A model generated the notes under the pieces. It was given only the letters and a program-made list of their open reading frames with translations, searched no databases and was not told where the DNA came from. Shown one piece after another: positions 53,500 to 64,000 of a DNA stretch of 64,000 nucleotides; position 1 is the first letter of the stretch; the number at the start of each line of letters is the position of its first letter. A program made the position numbers and the translations under genes. This DNA is from Octopus vulgaris (taxonomy: Eukaryota), in assembly GCA_951406725.2 (NCBI GenBank), contig OX597821.1, positions 49,786,001 through 49,850,000 on the forward strand. The letters run 5' to 3'.

Positions 53500-54420
53500 C
53501 CACAGAACTAAAGTTTTAAGGGACTAATGTTAATATTCTTTGCTTTCTAGACCAAAGCAATTAGGAATCAACTTCTTAAAGACCGAAGACAAACAACAGT
53601 CTAAAATTTGTTACGTAGTGTAATTTTTTCCTTTAATAGATCAAGTTCCTGTTGGAGGTGTTTTTAAGGATAAATAGTGCATCTTCCCTGTAAAGGCCTC
53701 CCTTAATCTCTGGAAATTCGTCGTGTAAATGAGGTAATAGGTAAATACCCACTAAATCAGATGCCTGTACCGAGTCCGGGGCCCTCATTGTGATGTCGAA
53801 ATAATTGGGGGTGCCCTCCCTTACCCACAACTTATCGAATTTTATTATAGATTTCCTTGTTCTTATGTTTAAATTAATTTCATTCATAGTCAATTTGGCA
53901 TGTATTTTAGCGAAAATTAGAGCCCTAGTAAGAACTGTAGGATTAATTGATGAATAGTAGTTGTCTATATCTATTTGTAGGAATTTATAACTAGTTTTAT
54001 TCCGTATATCGGAGAACCAGTTAAGGGCGTCGTGGGTGTTTGACCATAATTCTAGAGTGATCTTGTTTTTTATAATAGGGATATGATTATCTAAGATTAA
54101 TTTACTTGGCTTGCATAGGTTGGATTTTTTTAGGGTAGATTAGTCTAACTTTCGTGTCTGTTGAGAAATTTTCTTTATGGTCCTTGATTGTTATGCGGGA
54201 TCAAGAAAGTGCGAAAGGTTCAGTTTTGTCTTCTAAGTTGAAATCTGTCATAATCTTCTTGGCGTATAAGTTCATAGATCTTAGAGTGTTATTTGGCACT
54301 ATTTTGGGGGTTTTATTGGGATTTTTTTTCGTGATTTCTTTATACAGAAGACGGTAGTATAAATTAATATCCAAATTATATGAGTTTCTGGTTCTGTCGG
54401 ACCTTTTAAGGACGCAAAAA
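53500..54420 (-). mobile_element. Penelope-like element reverse transcriptase fragment
   Basis: SDRTRNSY, RITIKDHKENF, RLIYPK, FLQIDIDNYYSSI, FDITMRAPDSVQASDLVGIYLL, GLYRED (decayed YRDD). Confidence 0.88.
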
Positions 54421-54757
54421 TGTAAGACTAAAGACCTAATGAACCTTTTCCTTTTTCTTTTTTCCTTTTTCTCTTCATTTTCATTTTTCATTTTTTTCTC
54501 CTGTCAACCTTCGATCTTCTGTCAATATTCCTCTGGTAAAGTTCAAATCATTCTGATGATGTTTGTTACATGGAACGAGATAGACGCAAGTTTACATCGA
54601 AAATAACAAACAGAAGCAGCTGCAAATGTTATCTTAACTATAATTAAACTATGATCATTCAATACTAATGATCAACTTCTAACTATTACATGTTGCTCCA
54701 TTTCTTCTCTTAACTTATCTGTGTATATACATTTATATTTATACCCACATACACATG

Positions 54758-54843
<86 letters not shown>

Positions 54844-54973
54844 TATATATGTGTGTATATACATATATACATATACATCTATATATATATGTGTGTATAT
54901 ACATATATACATATACATCTATATATGTGCATCTGCATATATATATATATACACATTAATATATATATATATA

Positions 54974-55474
54974 CATGGTGGCTGCCCCCTCGTTATCGAG
55001 TATGGTCATTGCACGAAGCTTAATCAATGTTGTTATCGTGCAATGCCTGTGCAAGATTTTTTTTTAAGTGAGGAAAGGCTGTGCACTGAGTCAATCCCAC
55101 TCATTAAGCAATAGCAGCCATAATCCGAAAAGAAGAACAAGTCAACATCATTGGTAACCACTGAGCCGCAGGTTTTATGACGGAGTTATCCCAGTTACCT
55201 GAGTTACCTTCGCCTAGAAGGATGCCCTAACAAAGGCTAGGAGTGCTTCACTCCCAATGGTTTAACCGCGCGATCGGGTATTCAGTCTGAATTATTTCTA
55301 TGTCCCCGCGCGTGATACAGAGTTAAGACATTTATTGGATGGCCGTTGCCTCTCAAGAGTTCCTCCGCCCTTTAACAGGTTTTGTTTTTCATCCCGCAGG
55401 GTGTCCAATAAACACCCTCCTCACCAAGCAAGCTTGGTGGGGTTGCCGGTTTTGTCGCCGACGACCCGACCATG
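54974..55474 (-). mobile_element. Bipartite non-autonomous RTE derivative (5' UTR-like part fused to RTE 3' end)
   Basis: About 50 bp at 54974..55023 match the LINE 3' end at 56558..56608. The opposite end matches 2440..2495. Confidence 0.75.
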
Positions 55475-55907
55475 CATATATACATATACATATGTATATA
55501 TACATATACATCTATATACACACATATATATAAAACAATAGATATATATACTCTTTTCTTTTATTTGTTTCAGTCATTTGACTGCGGCCATGATAGAGCA
55601 CCGCTTTTTGAAGAGCAAATCGACCCCAGGCCTTATTCTTTGGAAGCATAGTACTTATTCTATCGGTCTCTTTTGCGAACCGCTAATTCCGGGATCGTAA
55701 ACACACCAGCATCGGTTGTCAAGCAATGTTGGTGGGGGGTGGATCAAACACAGACACACAAACATATACACACTCATACATATATACATATATATGATGG
55801 GCTTCTTTCAGTTTCCATCTACCAAATCCACTCACAAGGCTTTGATCGACCCGAGGCTATAGTAGAAAACACTTGCCCAAGCTACTTACCACACATCCAC
55901 TCCTGTG

Positions 55908-55909
<2 letters not shown>

Positions 55910-55947
<38 letters not shown>

Positions 55948-55976
55948 TATATACATATATATATATATATACACAC

Positions 55977-56047
<71 letters not shown>

Positions 56048-56399
56048 CACACACACATATATATATATACATACATATACAAATATATACATATATATTC
56101 ATATATATATACATATATATATACATATATATATAGATATATATATACATATATATATATATACATATATATATATACACACGTATATATACAAACATAA
56201 ATATATATATTCATACATACTATATATATATATATACATATGTATACATACATATATACACATATACATATATATATATATATATATGCACATACATATA
56301 CACATGTATACATACATATATATACATACATATACATATATATATATATACATACGAAAATATAAATATATATATATATATGCATACATATATACAAAC

Positions 56400-56480
<81 letters not shown>

Positions 56481-56559
56481 CATACGTACATACATACATA
56501 CATACATACATACATACATACAATACATATATACATACATACACACATACATACATACA
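55910..56559. repeat. Long imperfect (TA)/(TACA) microsatellite field
   Basis: Seen directly. Confidence 0.95.
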
Positions 56560-59161
56560 TGATGGCTGCCCCGTCGTTATCGAGTATGGCCATCGTACGA
56601 GGCTTAACTGTTATCGGTGCTGTGATCGAACGTGACGTTTTAGCCCAGCTAAAGATCTACAATGTCTTGTACAAAATTGGCGGCTAAAACCTTTACCGGT
56701 AATAGCTGGCTGTAGTTGTAACTGGGTTTCATGTACTTTTGCATGTCGTTTAAGTCCTCCCGCCGACTTACACTCCCTTCTACATACCTGACAGATATGA
56801 TTAGTATGGTGTGTAGCACCACCACAAGTGGCCTGGTTGTCAGGCATCTGTCTCGCTTTATGACTAGGAAGATGACTCTTTAGTCCAGCTTTACTGAGGC
56901 AGGGTCTTTCACATACTCTGCATGTGAGCATCATAGGAAGACCCTCATCATCTGGAAGTGCAACAGCGATGCCCTTCCTGACATCCCTCCTTACTTTCTC
57001 ATGCGCAACTCGAGATTTCTCAAAAGTAGCTGTCCCCTCATGCACAATCCTCCTCCACCTGTTACGGTCAAAAGTATGCCCTCCCATGTGTCAGGAGAGA
57101 TGCATGCATTTCTTAAGGAACCCTTCAGCAGGTCCTTATACCTCTTTTTTGGTTTATGTGGAGGTCGTTCTCCTTTAGCTAACTCTCCATAAAAGAGTTG
57201 TTTTGGCATCATTGAATCCTTCATCCTGACCAGATGACCACGCCATCTGAGCCTTTGCTTTAACACAAGGGCTTCTATACTTTCACACCGAGAGGTTTCC
57301 AATATTTCAAGATCACTGATGTGATCCTTCCACTTAATGCCATATATTTGTCTAAGTCACATCTGATGGAAACGTTCCAGTTACTTAAGATGGTATCGAT
57401 ATATGACCCACGTCTCGCAGGCATAAAGAAGAGAAGAGAGCACACATGCTTTGTACATCTTTATCTTTCTCTTCCTGCATATATCTCGCTGACTCCAGAG
57501 GCGCCTTTCTAGCCTTCTGAAAGCATCACTTGCTTTCCTAATTCTGTATGGAATTTCATTATCCAAATTGCTATATCTATTAACAGTGCTTCCCAGGTAG
57601 ACAAACTGATCAACTACATCAAGTCGTTTACCATACACATAGATATTTGGTTCACTATACTGCTTACCAGGGGCAGGTTAGTACATGGCAACAGTTTTCC
57701 TGAGATTGTCTGTCAATCCTAATGCAGTGCAAGCATCAGAGAATGCATTCAAAAATGCGTTGCATATCAATCTCTGTGTGCGCTACTAGATCACAATCAT
57801 CTGCATACAAAAGGTCTGTTATGATAGAGGTAAATACCTTTGTTTTTGCAGCAAAGCGCCTGATATTAAATATGCTGCCAGAGGTTCGATAATGGGTGTA
57901 AACACCATATCTGCAGTTTCTGAACGCAATACAGAAAACCATCGCAAAATATATGGCAAATAAGGTCGGTGCCAGAATATGCCCCTGTTTCACTCCATTT
58001 TGTATTGAGATAGACTCCGACATTTTCCCTCTAACATTAACCCTACCCTTCATGTCTTCATGGAAAGACCTAATCAAAGCAAGGTACTTTTCAGGACACT
58101 CAAGTTTCTAGAGGACTTTCCACAGTGCATTTCTATTAACGGTATCAAAGACTTTTGTCAGATCGACAAAAACCTGATACAAATCCAGACCCTGTTCCAC
58201 ACACTTCTCCTGAAATTGTCTAGCTAAAAAGATCACATCAGCAGTGCCGTGTCCCAGACGAAAGCCAGATTGACTTTCTAGAAGAACACAATCTGCAACG
58301 TGTTTCAGCAGACGATCCAGAAGTACCCTGTATAAAACCTTTCCTACGACAGAAAGCAATGATATTCCCCTATAGTGACCACAATCATTCCTGTTGCCCG
58401 TTCCCTTATATAAGACCACCATTACTGTATCTCTCCAGTCCTCAGGTGCAGATTCACTACCCCATATCCTACCAAACAAAGAGTGAAGTTGCTGCAGAAG
58501 TTTATCACCACCATTATTCATCCTTGAGACAGCCTCTACAACTTCTTCCAACTTTGGTGGTTCTGCGGGAGCCACCTTCACAGGTAATCCAGGAGTGAGA
58601 TTGAGAACATCCTCACTAATTACAGACTGCTGATTCAAAAGTTCATCAAAGTGTTCTCGCCACCTTCGCAGAATTCCTTGTGAATCACGAAGAGGTTCTT
58701 TACCATCCTTGCTTCGAAGTGGGTGTCATCAGAGAAGTCGGTCCATAATCTTCTCGCAAGGAACCATACAACAGCTTTGTTTTATTGGAATCCGACGCCA
58801 TCTGTATCTCATCAACCTTCTTATTCCACCACGTATCCCTCATCTGAGAGAGCCTCCGCCTCACACGTGATTTTACATCGTTGAGTTCTCTATGCAACAC
58901 TTCCTTCTCGTGTGGCTTTGCTGACAAATAGCGTGAAAAAGTAAGTCTTTTATCAGCCAATAAATCATCTATATGTTCACCATTTTCTTTAAACCAATCT
59001 TGATGCTTTCTTTGTATCAATCCCAGAACTTTCTTGCCTATATCATAAACTGACTTTTTAAGGGTCGCCCAATCCTCCCCAATATCAGCAGCATTCATTT
59101 CCTCTTGTTAAGTTCTATTCACACTATTACACCTAAGACGATCAACATTCAGTCTTTTAGG
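56560..59161 (-). mobile_element. 5'-truncated RTE-clade LINE with C-terminal C2H2 fingers
   Basis: RKHQDWF, YRGISLLSVVGK, ESQSGFR, FVDLTKVFDTV, GVKQGHILAPTLF, LLYADD, YLGS, LLYACETW, PKQLFYGEL, then three CxxC-x12-HxxxH-like motifs. catacatacat on both flanks. Confidence 0.93.
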
Positions 59162-59289
59162 CATACATACATAGTGGTACTAATAGAAATAAAACTATCA
59201 AAAGTGAAATTATTAACATAAATACAAGCAAGTATTCTCATGCATATAGTTACATATCTAGACATGTTTATATTTATTTAAATGCTAAA

Positions 59290-60440
59290 GTTCTGGAAAC
59301 TTTTACAGATTTTTACAGTCCTAGTGATGGATTGGATCCGTAGTCTTCGAACTAGCTTTCTCCTTTCTGGTTTTGAGGAGCCTAATTTCTCAAGATTGGT
59401 GTTTAGGCAGTGTGTTACATATCTCAGGGCCTCAATAATTACCTATAAACCTGAACTTTTAACCTAGATAGAGTAACTGCAGATTTTTCAATAGTTCAGC
59501 ATAGGTGTTCTCTTTTTCACTGATTTTCAGCTATATGTTAACATCAGCTGGGCAGCTAATTTCCACAATTGTGCACAGTTTCTTTTCTCTATCCCAAATC
59601 ATTAAAGTCCGGTCTGTTGTGCTTACATTTTATTGAGGTCTTCACTGGTACAATCCACCAGTATTACTTTTTATTATGAGCGGCAATGGCTTCTACCATA
59701 TTGTGAGTTCTTACCTCTTTGTCCTCGGAATTATCCTTCTGACGTATTTCATTACAGAGTGTCCTAGCTACAACGTCATGTCTCATCAGTAGATAATACC
59801 GTGATGACATTTTCGGACAACTGCTTATGATGTGGGTGATATCTTCAGTGTGAACTCCACAATGTCTGCATCGATTGTCACATTTTACGGCTTTTCCTGC
59901 CTCTTTATCCCTTTTATGCATCAGGTACTTGGTTGATATTTCCTGTTCCTGGATTGCAAACACATACCCTTCAAAACTGGAGGTAGTAATCCGGGAATTC
60001 GTCCATGATAGACTGCTTTGATGATCGATGTTACTCTCTTCACGGAGTTTTCTACTAACATATCCATGCATAGTCTTCTGATCATATAGGCTCATCCTTT
60101 CATCTGATGATACATTGTGTTAGAGTGGTGTGGCTTCTTTGGGCATGTATTCTAGGTTATCAGTTAAAGAGCTCAAGGAGCTGCCTTCTAAGTCTTATGA
60201 TGTTATCAGCCTAATGTGTGCAAACTTGGCCAAGAGATGCACTTCGATACTTGGAGGTTAAAAGATGTTGCCGAAGAGATATGATGCGACATCTAAAGTC
60301 ATTTTGGATATGTATTAAGCCTCTGCCGCCTTGTTTTCCTTTTAGGTAGAGTTGGTCTACATCACTGTTTGTGTGGAAATTATGTGTGCTTGTTAGTACT
60401 TTTCGGGTTTTCACATAAATGGCTCGGTTCTCATCAAGCG
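59290..60440 (-). mobile_element. R4/Dong-like RLE LINE fragment
   Basis: SDVDQLYLKGKQGGRGL, MHG, FAIQEQEISTKY, CRHC...HIISSC, RHD, WWIVPVKT...NRPD. Confidence 0.85.
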
Positions 60441-60443
60441 TCC

Positions 60444-60481
60444 AATCCCCTGAAGAAGAGCACTGTTCGAAACGTTGGATT
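60444..60481 (+). ncRNA. Minimal type I hammerhead ribozyme motif
   Basis: AATCC-c-CTGAAGA-A-GAGC-ACT-GTTC-GAAAC-GTT-GGATT: intact core, one extra C in stem I. Confidence 0.6.
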
Positions 60482-60547
60482 TTTCCATGCTTCACGTTAA
60501 GTCCCCTTTATACATTTTTGATGCTAACAAACGTTTGGTTAGAAATA

Positions 60548-60558
60548 TATGTACGTAC

Positions 60559-60589
<31 letters not shown>

Positions 60590-61280
60590 TGTATGTATGT
60601 ATGTATGTATGTATGTATGCATGCATGTATGCATGTATGTATGTATGTATGCATGCCTGTATGCATGTATATATGTATGTATGTATGCATGTATGCATGT
60701 ATGTATGTATGTATGTATGTATGTATGCATGCATGTATGCATGTATATATGTATGTATGTATGCATGTATGCATGTATGTATGTATGTATGTATGTATGT
60801 ATGTATGTATGCATGTATGTATGCATGTATGTATGTATGTATGTATGTATGTATGCATGTATGCATGTATATATGTATGTATGTATGCATGTATGCATGT
60901 ATGTATGTATGCATGCATGTATGCATGTATATATGTATGTATGCATGTATGCATGTATGTATGTATGTACGTATGTATGTATGCATGTATGTATGTATGC
61001 ATGTATGTATGTATGTATGTATGCATGTATGCATGTATATATGTATGTATGTATGCATGTATGCATGTATGTATGTATGTATGTATGTATGTATGCATGC
61101 ATGTATGCATGTATATATGTATGTATGCATGTATGCATGTATGTATGTATGTACGTATGTATGTATGTATGTATGTATGTATGTATGTATGTATGTATGT
61201 ATGTATGTATGTATGTATGTATGCATGCATGTATGTATGTATGTATGTATGTATGTATGTATGTATGTATGTATGTATGT
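60548..61280. repeat. About 730-bp (TATG)n array with TGCA variants
   Basis: Seen directly. Confidence 0.95.
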
Positions 61281-61595
61281 TAAAAGATGGGTGGAGTTGG
61301 AAATGAAATAATACCATTGGTATGGTTAAATTGCATCTCTTTTATTTATTCATTCATTTTTTTTTTACTTATTGATATTTTCTCGCTTCTGTTACTTGTT
61401 AGTATAGTGCTGGTTGTTGACTTTTCCCAGAATGTAGCTAGCTATTTCTCCTGTGTAATAATATGCGTGAACTTTATGCAAGAGAACGGTCATGGGAAAG
61501 AGCAGATGGAGAGAGAGGGAGAGAGAGAGAGAGAAATACTCAAGGAGAGAGAGATACTCAGAGAGAGAGATACTCAGAGAGAGAGAGATACAGAG

Positions 61596-61662
<67 letters not shown>

Positions 61663-62314
61663 AGGAATCAAAGAGCCAGGATATGAAGAAAGATGTGAAA
61701 GAAGCGGAGTAAGAGTGAAACTAGAACAGCTGACAAGTAACACGAAACAAGGACAAAAATTGAATGTATGTGTACATGAGAAAGAGAGAGAGAGAGAGAA
61801 AGAAAGAATGTGAGAGAGAGAAAGAAAGAAAGAAAGAATGTGAGAGAGAGATGGGGAGAAGAGAGCGACACAGAGAGAGAAAAAAAAATTATTATTTTAA
61901 TATACAATAGATACAACGCTACCTATTTTATGTAAGTCAATAGTCAATTGTCCTACAATACAATCTGTGAGGGGTACTTTATAATTAATCGATTTCGAGT
62001 AAGTCTCTACCGTTTATAAATCTAGTACTCACAATGCATCCCCACAAAGTATTCCCCCACCCCCCTGTGTGCTATTATCGATTACTTGTTTCGGTCATTC
62101 GACTGCGACCGTGCTGGGGCACATCCTTAAAGAGTTTAGTGGAAGAAATCGACCCTAGTACTTATCTTTCTTTTTAGGGTTAGGGTTAGGTTAGTTGGAC
62201 TTTTTTTTTACCGAACTGCGAAGTGACGGGGACGTAAACAAACCAACACAAGTTTTCAAGCGGTGGTGGGGGACAAACACAATGCAAAGACCCATACTAC
62301 ACACACACACGCAC

Positions 62315-62360
<46 letters not shown>

Positions 62361-63589
62361 GCACACATTCTCTCTCTCTCTCTCTCTCTCTCTCCCACAC
62401 ACATAAACACACACAGAGGCTAATATGTATAATATATAATAGAGTGGGGCAAAAAAGGTAATTTTTACACAGATTTTCAAAATATGTTTTCAAGATTATA
62501 TTTTTTATTGCGAAATCCTTTAGAAACAATTGTGCTAAAATCTGAAATTCTTAAATTTACATCAAGCTCCGCAGCCCACTTGAAATTTTGAATAATGAAC
62601 TAAAAATCAATTTATAACACGTTTGCCGTTCCTCATTTTATTTCTTACATTCATTGTTACGAATCGATTTTCTTTTGCAAAATCCATTAAAATCTCAAGC
62701 TCTAAAATTTATATCTCCAGGCTTCGCAACGTAGTTGAAATTTCGAATTATGTGAAATAAATAGCCTTTCCAACTTTGTTTTCTTTATTATTTTTAATAC
62801 TAGGTCACCAAATATATGTGTTACATGAAGTCTATATTACACACACATTAAAATAATAAATTAAACAAATTGTCAAGATTGTGGCAGAAAAGATCATTCT
62901 TCTTTGGGAAAAGACATCCATCCTTTCTGTTATGACTGAGTCAGTTAAACCGAATTTTCCTTTGCTGAGTAGAAGAGCAACTGTGATCTGGCTGATTCTG
63001 TCTAATCAACCTCTGAACGTTCTATTTAGATACTGCTTGAGCTATTATACCAACGATCATTTTTCGATTTGTCCGTTAATCCTGTAAAAAGTCTTGTTCT
63101 CTCTGTGGTACTTGTTTGTCTCTACTACAACTGAAGTTTTTAAAGGAGTTGTATTTGCAACAGGAAATGTCAAATAAATCTTTTGTTGCATTGTTTTTAA
63201 ACACATTACACTTTGTAGGCAGTCCTGGTATAGGACGAATGTTGCTGTAATTTAGCCTTCGGAAACATCATCTCCAGCTGGTTATACGACACGATCTGTG
63301 TCCTTATATTTTCGAACAAGGGAATCTAACACTCACAATCAGCTCAAAACAATATGTGTGTATCGCGATTTCCGGGTTATTTCCTTTCATCAGCACAGAA
63401 TAATTGTTCGGCTAGAGGTTGATTTTTTATTATGATAATTAATATCGTACACAGAGAAGACAAAACAGGACAATACAAACAATTATTGTTATTATGACTT
63501 CGTATGATACTTAGTTGATTTTTTAAAAATATTGTATGATATATAATTAAAATTTGACTTTGGGCGGGGATTAAACCTGATGGGCTGAA

Positions 63590-64000
63590 AAGCCCAGCGG
63601 CTATACCGTTTTCTTTTCCCGTGAAGATTAAGCAGGGTCCCTTGCACCCACCTTTCTTACCACAGCCTTCCATCTTTTCTCGAACACACTTCGCAGTAGG
63701 CATCTCTTCTCCAGCCCTATCTTGCTCTTCAGATGATATCTGAAGTATGTCAGCAAACTAGGGCCAGAGATGAAGGATCCCGTCATGAGTCCTTGCAATC
63801 TGGTCTTCCTCACACTCTTTCAATACTGCAACTGAACAGAGAAAACATGCCTCACCTTCCGTTGAGAGTCCGGTTGGCGGCACAACCTTTATTGTAGACT
63901 CAGCTGATAGCTGTACTCTGCCTAGGTGTGACACACGTGTTCATCGTAAATTATCAAGCCTGAAAGCTTCCGGCATTCTACAAAAGCGTGCTGGATGGTT
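63590..64000 (-). mobile_element. L1/Tx1-clade LINE ORF2 3' end
   Basis: TIQHAFVEC (zf-RVT-like) followed by ECV...TR...LLTYFRYHLKSKIGLEKRCL...FEKRW. Confidence 0.65.

Noticed and set aside
56611-57087. Apparent stand-alone C2H2 zinc-finger gene
   Set aside because: Contiguous with frameshifted RTE RT and followed by the LINE 3' end.
62440-63090. Possible DNA transposon 5' end (tagagtggggcaaaaaa; VAEKIILLWEKTSI)
   Set aside because: No matching second TIR and only one weak peptide motif.

Overview
AT-rich, microsatellite-saturated animal genomic DNA. The tRNA-derived SINE families and repeat density point to a cephalopod, most likely Octopus (inference). Only one intact protein-coding region is well supported: a 258-aa leucine-rich-repeat ORF on the minus strand (21985..22761), with a splice acceptor 4 nt upstream of its ATG. 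The rest is a pile-up of decayed mobile elements: RTE, R4/Dong-type (RLE) and L1/Tx1 LINEs, Penelope-like elements (PLEs), mariner/Tc1, Chapaev3-like, pogo-type and Helitron elements, and dozens of SINEs. The most striking signal not shown by the ORF track is a set of about ten type I hammerhead-ribozyme motifs, intact or decayed. Their stems covary, they sit mostly in or beside (TA)n tracts, and several lie in long inverted repeats whose breakpoints fall inside the ribozyme. PLE hammerheads are a known class, so the novelty is in the local families and architecture, not the class. All alignments and folds were done by eye; element boundaries are approximate unless TIR/TSD are quoted.
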